DNA of 64,000 bases. Origin: Bacilli bacterium. Its GTDB lineage: Bacteria > Bacillota_I > Bacilli_A > RFN20 > CAG-826. The stretch spans positions 147,922 to 211,921 of the forward strand of contig JBGVBY010000013.1 of the NCBI GenBank assembly GCA_045226015.1, in the 5' to 3' direction. The translations under genes and the position numbers were made by a program. The notes under the pieces are model-generated. The model made no database searches and was not told where the DNA came from. It saw nothing but the letters and a program-made list of their open reading frames with translations. Below, piece after piece: positions 27,807-36,459 of this stretch. Each line of letters starts with the position of its first letter. Position 1 is the first letter of the stretch.

Positions 27807-30329
27807 ATGATCAAGAAATTTCTCGGTATCACAGCTTTATCTTTAGCGTTTTCAGTCGGATTAAACACTAATTCCATTAAAGAAGAAACTGCTAAACCAA
27901 TTAAAGATAACCATTACTCATTAATCACTGATGATGTTCAAATTAAATCAAGTGATTCGCAGTGGTCAGCTTTTACTGGAAGTTACGCTCACGTTAATGG
28001 AAGTAGCATTGTCTTTAGTGAAATAGCTACTGGTGCAGACGCTAAATACGACCAATTAACAAAGACTTTAACTTTATATAACGATGAATCTTATCCCCTT
28101 ATTGATGGAGTTAAGGCTAGTGGTGAACTCGATTTAAAGATTGAATTTACTTGTGATTACAACGAAGATCACATGATTTGTTTTGAGCTTGATTGTGATA
28201 GTGCAGAATTAACTTCTACCGATAAGCATTCAATTTCTGTTTCATATTTATTCTCTAAAGACTTAACGTTATCAGGAAATTTAACTACTGTTGTCAATTT
28301 CTTTAAAGATAGTAGTGTTGCTGACGCATTTTTTGATCAAAGCATTGATCCACCTCATAACACTATTTTTGGAGCAACAAATTTCAATCTTAAAGGTAAT
28401 GCATCTTTAGATGGAACAAACGTCTATAACATGAGTAGCGTTAAAGAGCTTTATAAACCAAGCGATTTCTCGCTCTTTGCTTTAGATAATATGTATATCA
28501 ACACGAACGGATTCTTTAATATTGGAATGGATGCTTCTTCAAAATTCCCTACTGATTTTAACTGCTTGTTAAAAGTTGAAACTTTACCTTCTATTTTAAA
28601 ATGTGATCAAGGCTTCGCTATGAGATGCACAAATGGTAGGATTACCAATCTTGACGAATTAAACTATGTATTTGGTCAGTATTTTAACAATCATTACTAT
28701 ACGAATTTTCAACCAAATTATAAAATATTAAGCACTGTTAAAGAATGCACTTTGGCACCTTTATTTCACGCTACAGACATTCAAGCCGATGAAATCGCTA
28801 TTTATAATGATTCCACCAAGAAAAACTTTACTAACTATGAATATAGTGGATTAAAATTTGAAGATGGTGTTGTTGTTTTTGAAAAAGGTTGCACCTACAA
28901 TAATTTGATTATTGTAGAATCAAAAGGTAATAGGCCAGTTGATCTTGTTATTAGATTTGAAGAAGGCTCTTATGGTTCTATCTCTAGCATTCATAACAAA
29001 TTATTAATTATCAATAGATACGGAAATATCACTTTAACTACCGGTGAAAAAGAAGCGCATGTTGATTTGGGTGCGGTTTGCTGTACAGGCATTCTCTTTA
29101 TTAACGGCAATCTCAGTGTTAGAGAAAGAGGAACTATAGACTACTCTACAGCGTCTTCTTTTCCGATGTACATAATGGATTCGTATGCATATATTAGTAC
29201 TCACGGACTAATTAATGGTGATATCCAAATTGTAATTGAAGAAAATGCTTCTTTATACGCTGTCGGATCAGCATATGATTTTGGATTTATGTCAACTACC
29301 TTTGAAGGTGGTAATGTAGCGATTATTCGTACTGATAGATTATTGGTTACAACAAATAAATCTGTTACTCTCGGTTCGGTAACTAAACCTGAGAGTAGTA
29401 TTAGATACATAACTGCTCTTTCTTTTAATAGAATTACTTCCCAATATTGCTTATTAAGAAATCAAAAGAGTATTGAAGGTGCTACATTCAAAATTTATAG
29501 ATACAAACATACCGGTGTTGCGTTCTCAAATCCTGGTAGTTTTGATGGCTTTTGTAACGAATCTAAGACAACATATACTCTTTATAATGATGAAGAGCAC
29601 GAAAACGTTGAAATTGCTGAATTTAATACAAATAGTGTAGATAACTGGATTAAAAACCGTGTAATAACATTTGCTCCTAATGGTGGATATGGCACTATGC
29701 CAGAAGTAAATGGTTTAGTGGCCTATCAATTCTACACACTTCCAGAATGTAGTTTCATTGCTCCACTTGGTAAATTGTTTAAAGGTTGGGCGTTCAAAGA
29801 TAAAGATCCAAATGTGATTAAACAACCTGGTGAATTAGTCCAAGTTATTAGTCTTTCTTTAGAGATTTATCCAGTTTGGGAAGATTCTCCGGTTCAACCG
29901 TTGTCTGGAACAGTAACAATTGCTGGTAATTTAAAAGTTGGACAAACATTAGTTGCTGTTGTTACAGGTTCAAATAACACTGGTATTCTTTCTTATCAAT
30001 GGAGAAGAAATGGCGAAGATATCATTGGTGCGACTAGCAGCACTTATGTCCCTACTGAAGAAGACGTCGGTTACACTTTAAGTGTAGTCGTTACTAGCTC
30101 TATTGAAACAGGATCAATCATTGGAAGCGCAACTGGTGTCATCTCAGAAGCAGATGCTCCAGTGGTTCCAGTCGCTGATAGCGGCTCTAAAGGACTTAGT
30201 GGCGGCGCTATCGCAGGAATTATTATCGCTTCTATCTTAGTGGTAGGTATTGGAGGAGCTGCTATCTACTGGTTTATTATTAAAAAGAAAACCTGGGCAG
30301 ACTTCGTTAACTTATTCAAAAAGAAATAA
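27807..30329 (+). CDS. Large surface protein with Listeria/Bacteroides-type (Flg_new) repeats and a C-terminal TM anchor
   Basis: Signal peptide, the ITFAPNGGYGTMPEV...FKGWAF repeat, a C-terminal hydrophobic helix (AGIIIASILVVGIGGAAIYWFII) and a KKK stop-transfer sequence. Confidence 0.55.
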   Translation: MIKKFLGITALSLAFSVGLNTNSIKEETAKPIKDNHYSLITDDVQIKSSDSQWSAFTGSYAHVNGSSIVFSEIATGADAKYDQLTKTLTLYNDESYPLIDGVKASGELDLKIEFTCDYNEDHMICFELDCDSAELTSTDKHSISVSYLFSKDLTLSGNLTTVVNFFKDSSVADAFFDQSIDPPHNTIFGATNFNLKGNASLDGTNVYNMSSVKELYKPSDFSLFALDNMYINTNGFFNIGMDASSKFPTDFNCLLKVETLPSILKCDQGFAMRCTNGRITNLDELNYVFGQYFNNHYYTNFQPNYKILSTVKECTLAPLFHATDIQADEIAIYNDSTKKNFTNYEYSGLKFEDGVVVFEKGCTYNNLIIVESKGNRPVDLVIRFEEGSYGSISSIHNKLLIINRYGNITLTTGEKEAHVDLGAVCCTGILFINGNLSVRERGTIDYSTASSFPMYIMDSYAYISTHGLINGDIQIVIEENASLYAVGSAYDFGFMSTTFEGGNVAIIRTDRLLVTTNKSVTLGSVTKPESSIRYITALSFNRITSQYCLLRNQKSIEGATFKIYRYKHTGVAFSNPGSFDGFCNESKTTYTLYNDEEHENVEIAEFNTNSVDNWIKNRVITFAPNGGYGTMPEVNGLVAYQFYTLPECSFIAPLGKLFKGWAFKDKDPNVIKQPGELVQVISLSLEIYPVWEDSPVQPLSGTVTIAGNLKVGQTLVAVVTGSNNTGILSYQWRRNGEDIIGATSSTYVPTEEDVGYTLSVVVTSSIETGSIIGSATGVISEADAPVVPVADSGSKGLSGGAIAGIIIASILVVGIGGAAIYWFIIKKKTWADFVNLFKKK

Positions 30330-30340
30330 AAAAGTTTAAT

Positions 30341-30365
30341 GGCACCTTTTTGAGGTGCCTTTTTA
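30341..30365 (+). terminator. Intrinsic terminator
   Basis: GGCACCT-TTTTG-AGGTGCC followed by TTTTT. Confidence 0.75.
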
Positions 30366-30378
30366 AAAGGAGAAAGAT

Positions 30379-30894
30379 ATGTTAAAAGAAATTGAAAATC
30401 GTCGTTCATGTCGTAACTTTGATAAGGATAGATATCCTAGTGATGAAGATATTAATAAAATCGTAAAAGCAGGATTACTCGCTCCAAGCGCGATTAATGG
30501 TCAAGACGGAGTGATAATCATCTTTAAAAACAAAGAAGCTAGAGATAAACTCATGCTTCTAAATAAGAAATACGCTCATTTCCCAGTAGACGATCCTTTC
30601 TATCGCGCGCCCGTGATATTATTAGTAATGAATAAGAAGACTCCGTTTGCTAAATACGATGGTTCTTTAATGATGGAAAACATGATGTTAGAAGCCACTC
30701 ACTTAGGAATCGCTAATATCTGGATTCATCGAGCAAAAGAATCAGTGGAAGATCCTGAATTCAAAGAATTAGTTAAGGACTTAGATATCAATATTGATGA
30801 ATATGAGGGTATTGGTAATTTGGCGATTGGTTATTCTTTAAACGATAATTATCCACCTAAAAAGATCAAAGAAAATCGAGTTTATAAAATTTAA
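30379..30894 (+). CDS. Nitroreductase-family protein
   Basis: RRSCRNF...LLAPSAINGQ N-terminal signature. Confidence 0.85.
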   Translation: MLKEIENRRSCRNFDKDRYPSDEDINKIVKAGLLAPSAINGQDGVIIIFKNKEARDKLMLLNKKYAHFPVDDPFYRAPVILLVMNKKTPFAKYDGSLMMENMMLEATHLGIANIWIHRAKESVEDPEFKELVKDLDINIDEYEGIGNLAIGYSLNDNYPPKKIKENRVYKI

Positions 30895-30966
30895 TATAAA
30901 AATATCAAAAAAATAATTTTACTTAGTAAAATTAAAAAAACATTTCAAAAAAAGTTAAAAAAGTTG

Positions 30967-30995
30967 TTGCGTTAATTTTTCAATAAGCGCATAAT
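30967..30995 (+). promoter_or_regulatory. Sigma70-like promoter for the downstream ORF-free locus
   Basis: TTGCGT (30967-30972), a 17-nt spacer, then CATAAT (30990-30995). Confidence 0.5.
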
Positions 30996-31000
30996 TTTAA

Positions 31001-32057
31001 ACATCCACACCGCGAAAGCGATATGGAAGAGAATTAACTACTGATAAGTAGTTAGTAGACTCAAGACTAGGTAAGACAGTCACCGCGAAACAGAAGTTGA
31101 TACAGCGGATTCTAAAAAAAAGGTTTAGATTAATGACTGCTCTAGCAAGAGATGCCTTAAAACATCTCAAGGCTAAGTCCTCCCCGACAAAGTGGAAGCT
31201 GAGTTAGAACTTAACAGCGTAAAACCACCGCCTGACAAGAACGAAGAGGACAGATATGAGGTAATAGCCATATCAACCGACCGAGTCGTGCTAAGATCAA
31301 CTCAAAACACGAAATAAGTAAGAGAATTGCAAGATATCGCTTACAAAAAGGTTCGAAGTTCAGCTAACGTAAGACAATCAACCCATTACACGACGTTGAT
31401 AGTAAGGTTCTAGAATTAAAACTTCTAGTTAATGATTGCAGTTAACTTATCATCACTCGTGATGATTAAACGGCCCACCTCCCTGTTACAGTGGTCACTG
31501 AGTTAGAGTTTAACAGTGTAGAAAATCCACCGCCGGACACGATCAAAGAGGTAAAAACAAGACCTATTAACTAAAAAGAATAGGTAAAGCCTAATCCACA
31601 TTATTCAACTCAAAGTGTGGAGATAGTAGAAGAGTTACAAACCTCCTAGCATCTTCTATGAAAAAACGGTCTAATGAACTTAAGACTAGGTAAACCAATC
31701 AGGTCCTTGAATTGAGTGGGGACCTCTGGAAATCAAAAGCTTCCAGTTAAATGATTGTTCTAGCAAAGAATTAGGAGAGATCCTAATTATCGGTACGTTC
31801 CTCCCTGATAGCCTGCTATCACTGGTCCCTACGTTAAAGTTTGATAGGGTAAATCCAGCACCGGACATGACGAAGAGGAAAACAGCCTTGACGCTAATAA
31901 CGAAAGGAAGCTGGCCATCGATACGCTAATCAATTCAAAACGTATCAAAATCAAGAAGCACCACCAGCCAAAAGGAACTTAACTTGGATATTGTTGCAGG
32001 GTGAAATCCCCTGCACAGTATAACGGTTAGCGGTAAAGAGTAAAGCCGCTTTTTTTC
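31001..32057 (+). ncRNA. Candidate large structured ncRNA of three tandem ~300-320-nt homologous units, not assigned to any known family
   Basis: ~1.06 kb with no credible ORF and higher GC than the surrounding sequence. Three homologous units each begin TTAATGA(C/T)TG at 31133, 31432 and 31751. Each has a hairpin at the same offset with a different sequence and a CCUCC/GAGGA helix whose flanking base co-varies. An upstream promoter and a downstream intrinsic terminator (32029..32057) flank it. Confidence 0.55.
32029..32057 (+). terminator. Intrinsic terminator for the candidate ncRNA
   Basis: AGCGG-taaagagtaaag-CCGCT followed by TTTTTTT. Confidence 0.6.
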
Positions 32058-32076
32058 TGATTTCAGAATAAAAAAT

Positions 32077-32099
32077 AAATCACTACTAAGTAGTGATTT
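32077..32099 (-). terminator. Terminator for the convergent SDR operon
   Basis: Perfect inverted repeat AAATCACTAC-TAA-GTAGTGATTT. A T-run follows on the minus strand. Confidence 0.6.
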
Positions 32100-32101
32100 A
32101 A

Positions 32102-32899
32102 TTATTTAATAAGTATTTGTTTGATAACCCAGTTTTGAAATCTTTTAGGCATGATATTAAGTAATCTTAATAATGGGTTACGATTTATTTTATAAATATA
32201 GTTAGGTTTCTTCTTTTTAAATACCTTAGCAATGATTTTAGCAATCTTACTAGGTGGTATCTTCTTAGCTTCTACTTTATCAACAATGTTTTTAAATCTA
32301 GTGGCGTTATAGGAATAATTAGTAGTGGATTCACAGAACTTATCAAGTTTAGTAGTGGAGACATTAAGTAAACCAGTATCCACTGCACCAGGACGAATAA
32401 CTACGACTTGTTTATCCAATAATTGAAGTTCCATTCTTAACGAATAAGCGTATTTTTCAATCGTAGTTTTTGTGATTCCGTAGATTCCCGTAAATGGAAG
32501 AGGATCTAAAGGAGCGAGCTCACTAGAAATGATGATGATTTTACCTTTTTTCTTCAAAGAAGAAACAAATGTCTTATTGATTCGATAAATAGAGAAGACA
32601 TTGATATTGAAGATACGAATAAAATCTTCTTCTTTCATCTCTATAAGAGAATTTAAATCATAAATTCCTGCAAGATGAATAATTGCGCTTAAACTAGCGA
32701 ATTCTTCCTTGTTATCGTTATAAATCTTTTCAATGGATTCGATATTAGTGAGATCAACTTGATGAAAAATGAAGTTTTTATCTTCTAAATCTGGTTTTTT
32801 AATATCAAGTCCAATAACTTGATGGCCCAAAGAAAGAAACTTTTTAAGAGTTTCTAACCCCATTCCTCCAGAAGCACCAGTGATGAGTACTTTTTCCAT
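32102..32899 (-). CDS. Short-chain dehydrogenase/reductase (SDR)
   Basis: TGASGGMG Rossmann motif near the N-terminus. Confidence 0.85.
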   Translation of the reverse strand: MEKVLITGASGGMGLETLKKFLSLGHQVIGLDIKKPDLEDKNFIFHQVDLTNIESIEKIYNDNKEEFASLSAIIHLAGIYDLNSLIEMKEEDFIRIFNINVFSIYRINKTFVSSLKKKGKIIIISSELAPLDPLPFTGIYGITKTTIEKYAYSLRMELQLLDKQVVVIRPGAVDTGLLNVSTTKLDKFCESTTNYSYNATRFKNIVDKVEAKKIPPSKIAKIIAKVFKKKKPNYIYKINRNPLLRLLNIMPKRFQNWVIKQILIK

Positions 32900-32938
32900 A
32901 TCAAAATTATAAAGAATGATTTAATAAAAAAGCACGAA

Positions 32939-33814
32939 TTATTTATCGTGCTCATTTAGTAAATATTGTCTTTCTCTTCGTTTTGGGAATTCTTTGATTT
33001 TAGGATAACCACTCATCGTGAATAATCCACGAGGAACAATATAATCACCTTTTTTAGATAAATCACTAACCCCAGTAAGAAGAGTTAACGATGCCTTTTC
33101 AGGACTATGGAAGAAGGCAATTAGGAAACATTTTCCTAAAAATCTAATTAATCTGTTAAAGTGGCGAATAATTCTAGTCGAAGATATGCCAGGTTCAGTT
33201 AAGACAAACTTAATGTTTTCTGGTGTATTTATATTCCAATAATAGAAGTTAGCCTCTAGATATGTTTTGGAGGTGTTATATTGAGTGAACACTCCGTTTT
33301 TTGGATTGTTAAGATCTAAAGATTTACTAACTCCTTTAACAGCGACAATTGAACCTTGAATAACGATTTTATGTTCGCCTTCTAAATGAGGAAGTAAAGA
33401 ATCCACAAAGTGTTTAACTCCATAGTAATTAACACCCATGGAGTAAGGATATCCATCAACTGTAACTCCACCCTTTTTACCAATAAGGACACCTGCGTTC
33501 AACACTAAAGAATGAAAGTCTTTATATTCTTCAAGAATATAGTTAACAGTTTCTTCAATGGAAGCGAAACTACTTTGATCATAATAATGGGTAGAAATAT
33601 CGGCGTTAGGATAACTAACTTTTATCTTGTTAATTTCTTCGTTAGCATTATCTAAATTTCTAACTAGTAAAACTACTTTCGCGTGCTTATTCACTAAGTG
33701 ATGAAGAAGTGCGTTTCCGATTCCAGAAGTGCCTCCAGTTAGGATAACTGTTCTTCCTTTAAAATCTTCTATTTTAGATAAGTATTTCTTAACACTCATG
33801 AAACAATCATACAC
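32939..33814 (-). CDS. Short-chain dehydrogenase/reductase (SDR)
   Basis: TGGTSGIG motif and NAG, tandem to the preceding SDR. Confidence 0.8.
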   Translation of the reverse strand: MYDCFMSVKKYLSKIEDFKGRTVILTGGTSGIGNALLHHLVNKHAKVVLLVRNLDNANEEINKIKVSYPNADISTHYYDQSSFASIEETVNYILEEYKDFHSLVLNAGVLIGKKGGVTVDGYPYSMGVNYYGVKHFVDSLLPHLEGEHKIVIQGSIVAVKGVSKSLDLNNPKNGVFTQYNTSKTYLEANFYYWNINTPENIKFVLTEPGISSTRIIRHFNRLIRFLGKCFLIAFFHSPEKASLTLLTGVSDLSKKGDYIVPRGLFTMSGYPKIKEFPKRRERQYLLNEHDK

Positions 33815-33870
33815 AAAAAACTAATAGAGATAAATTGTTTATAACAATTACTGAGCATATAATTAAGAAG

Positions 33871-34482
33871 ATGAAACTCGTAAACTTAACTAAATTACAT
33901 GAAGGCAAGTTCTTAACTTATTATGTTGCGGATTATGAAACTAAATCTGGACATATTAAAAAGTATGAATTCATTTCTAGAAACAAGAATCTAGACTTTT
34001 CTACTTTTGGGAATGTTGTTCCTGCTGGAGTAGGAATGGTGACTTTATCAGAAGATGGACAAAAAATCCTTCTTCAATCCGAATTCCGTATGGCGACAAA
34101 TAACTGGGTTTATAACTTTCCTGCTGGATTAATTGATAAAGGAGAAGACGCGGTTAAAGCCGCTAAAAGAGAGTTAATAGAAGAAACTGGTTTAGAAGTA
34201 GTGGACATCATAGATGTCCTTCCACCAAGTTTTGCGTCTCAAGGAACGAGTGATGAGGCTATGCAAATCGTTATCTGTACTTGTAAAGGCGAAATAAAAG
34301 AATCAATCTATGAAGATGAAGAGATAAAGGCAAGATGGTACAGCAAAGAAGAAGTTAGAGATCTTTTACTTAAAGGTGCCTATATGTCAGTTAGAACACA
34401 GATGTACTTATACGAATGGGTGAAAGATCTTAAACCAAAGAAGATACGAACACATTGTGAAGGTATCAAAAAAAGCCGATAA
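33871..34482 (+). CDS. NUDIX hydrolase
   Basis: Nudix box GLIDKGEDAVKAAKRELIEETGLEV. The ATG at 33871 (MKLVNL) is preferred over the listed 33835. Confidence 0.85.
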   Translation: MKLVNLTKLHEGKFLTYYVADYETKSGHIKKYEFISRNKNLDFSTFGNVVPAGVGMVTLSEDGQKILLQSEFRMATNNWVYNFPAGLIDKGEDAVKAAKRELIEETGLEVVDIIDVLPPSFASQGTSDEAMQIVICTCKGEIKESIYEDEEIKARWYSKEEVRDLLLKGAYMSVRTQMYLYEWVKDLKPKKIRTHCEGIKKSR

Positions 34483-34496
34483 CGGCTTTTTTATTT
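34472..34496 (+). terminator. Intrinsic terminator, probably bidirectional
   Basis: AAGCCG-ATAA-CGGCTT followed by TTTTTATTT. Confidence 0.65.
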
Positions 34497-34511
34497 CCAG
34501 AAAAGATTCAA

Positions 34512-34682
34512 TTATTTCTTTTCTTCAAGGATTTCAGCTCTTCTTGCTTTACATAATTTAGCAAGTTCTGCTAATGCTTTTCTAGCACGACCAGCAGCGG
34601 CTTTGTTTCCTTTGGAGACGAATTTTTCGTTTTCAGCAACGAAAGTTTCATAAGCTTCTTGAATTTTTTCTAATGTTGACAT
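34512..34682 (-). CDS. 56-aa histone H1-like basic nucleoid-associated protein (ORF not in the supplied track)
   Basis: Minus-strand ORF MSTLEKIQEAYETFVAENEKFVSKGNKAAAGRARKALAELAKLCKARRAEILEEKK. An AAGGAAAAAG RBS lies upstream. The lysine/alanine/arginine-rich composition is typical of bacterial histone H1-like proteins. Confidence 0.5.
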   Translation of the reverse strand: MSTLEKIQEAYETFVAENEKFVSKGNKAAAGRARKALAELAKLCKARRAEILEEKK

Positions 34683-34741
34683 TATCTTTTTCCTTTATGT
34701 GGTTACCCACAAACCTTTCATATATCTATTAAAACAAAACT

Positions 34742-35311
34742 TTATTTTTTAATCAAAACCATTTTGTAGAAAGTGTCTGATTCCGATAATTCTATCGGAG
34801 TGAAATATTTTAAGAATGGTTTAACTTCCTCTTTTGGCTCTTTTAATAGCCTAGAAACGTTCTCTGCGTGACTTTCATGATGTTTGTTTAAAGTTGGTCT
34901 ACCTATATCGTGAATAATTGCTAGAACTCCGTTTTTAGTAAGTAGTTCATTACATTTATTCACAAATCCTTCAACATCGAGGAAATGTGGGTAGGCATCA
35001 AAACAGATAATCGCATCAAAAGATGAAGAGTTATAACCATAAAAATCTACGTTAACTAATGTTACATTCTTACTTTTAACATTTTCTTTTGCGTATTCAA
35101 TCATCTTTTCAGAGATATCTAACGCTACAACCTCTCCTTTGGAGAGAGTGGCGAGTTTATCAGTGATGATTCCTTTGCCACATCCTAAATCTAAAACTTT
35201 ATGAGCTTTCTGTAAAAACAAGGACTCTAAAAGCTCGTCAATCATCTTATTGTCGTTATGGACATAATTGACAGCGATGTTATTAAAGAAGTCTCTAACT
35301 GTTTCGTTCAT
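34742..35311 (-). CDS. Class I SAM-dependent methyltransferase
   Basis: Motif I VLDLGCGKG. Confidence 0.8.
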   Translation of the reverse strand: MNETVRDFFNNIAVNYVHNDNKMIDELLESLFLQKAHKVLDLGCGKGIITDKLATLSKGEVVALDISEKMIEYAKENVKSKNVTLVNVDFYGYNSSSFDAIICFDAYPHFLDVEGFVNKCNELLTKNGVLAIIHDIGRPTLNKHHESHAENVSRLLKEPKEEVKPFLKYFTPIELSESDTFYKMVLIKK

Positions 35312-36459
35312 CAGGCAATTAATTCGTCAAGATTGATTTTATTATACGCTCCATAGGCGTCAGCACGCACCTTATATTCTTGGTACATTGCTTTTTTATT
35401 GAATACTTCAAACACTTCATCGTATTTAGCTTCTAAATCCATGTTTTCAAATAGTGGATCATTTGGATGAGCGATACTAGCAACATATAATGTTGAAGTG
35501 AGTTGAATTTCTAAATTTGTGTAGTAAGCATTATATGGAAGAAGAGTATAAACTTCTCCATTTTCTAAAGCGGATATTCCTTCATAACTGCTCTTATTGG
35601 CTTTATAGTCCGCTAAAAATGTTCCTAGACCCGCGCTATCAATGAAGATTTTGCTTGGGTTAGAAGAAACTAGTTTTTCTTTATCGATTGATACTTGTTT
35701 ATTGTTCACTAAGTCAGAGTATGAATCGACAACATTAGTGACTTTAGCGTAATCAAATATTGGGAAGTTCTTGTAGGAACCATATAAATTAGTTTTACCC
35801 CAGTTACCGATACATCCGGCGTAATATGAATCAGTGGACACGGTAAGATTTGCTAAATCAGCTTTGAAATCTTTAACGTAGTTTGCAATACGTTCAACTT
35901 CGTTAGTTTTGTGGAAGATTTTACCTAAAAGGTAAAGAGAAGACATAGTGACTTCATCAAACACTCCATCAACTCCTTGAGATAGAGCAACTACAGGGAT
36001 ATCAACTGTATCAACAATTCTTTGGTTACTCTCAGCACTTAAGAAAGAAATGATGATATCTGGTTCTAAATTAACAAGTGTTTCAAGCTGAGCGTCAGTA
36101 ATTAATTGTCCGTTCATAACTGGTCCACCTTGTCCAGCAGTTGGAAGAGCGCCAAATGTAGCTTTGTTAGCATCATAATATGGTCTAACAGCGGCTCCAA
36201 CTCCAAATGTAGTGGCGCTATCAATGCCTTCAACAGCGATAAGTTTACTTAAATCACCGATATAGGAGTAATAACGTAATGCGCCTGCTCCTAAACAAAC
36301 GACACGACTATAAGAATATGCACCTACATTAATAGTGTCTAAATCGTTAATCGTGTAGATTCTCTTCGCAAGTGGCCCGTAATAAGTTGAATCTTCACTT
36401 TTGCCACAGCTTGCTAATGATGTTAATAACGCTATTGCGATTAAACCTTTAAATTTCAT
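35311..36459 (-). CDS. ABC transporter substrate-binding lipoprotein (iron-siderophore/cobalamin type, class III PBP)
   Basis: Lipobox LTSLASC. Placed in an operon with a FecCD permease and FepC-like ATPase. Confidence 0.8.
   Translation of the reverse strand: MKFKGLIAIALLTSLASCGKSEDSTYYGPLAKRIYTINDLDTINVGAYSYSRVVCLGAGALRYYSYIGDLSKLIAVEGIDSATTFGVGAAVRPYYDANKATFGALPTAGQGGPVMNGQLITDAQLETLVNLEPDIIISFLSAESNQRIVDTVDIPVVALSQGVDGVFDEVTMSSLYLLGKIFHKTNEVERIANYVKDFKADLANLTVSTDSYYAGCIGNWGKTNLYGSYKNFPIFDYAKVTNVVDSYSDLVNNKQVSIDKEKLVSSNPSKIFIDSAGLGTFLADYKANKSSYEGISALENGEVYTLLPYNAYYTNLEIQLTSTLYVASIAHPNDPLFENMDLEAKYDEVFEVFNKKAMYQEYKVRADAYGAYNKINLDELIA

Noticed and set aside
31133-31510. Two 24-codon ORFs starting at the conserved ATG of repeat units 1 and 2 and ending at the conserved TGAGTTAG
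   Set aside because: Unit 3 has a stop after 7 codons, and the middle of the peptide changes completely while RNA pairing is preserved. Conservation is at the RNA-structure level, not the peptide level.
31686-31868. 60-aa minus-strand ORF inside the ORF-free 1-kb locus
   Set aside because: No RBS, the composition is unlike local proteins, and it lies across the conserved repeat blocks. It is most likely a chance ORF within a structured RNA.
30895-32101. Identity of the large RNA as RNase P RNA, tmRNA, SRP RNA, a group II intron or an rRNA fragment
   Set aside because: None of the diagnostic motifs is present: no GGAAAGTCC.G/ACAGAA..GGCTTA for RNase P, no tag-peptide reading frame or 3' tRNA-like end for tmRNA, no GGAAGGAAGCAGC for SRP domain IV, and no domain V for a group II intron.
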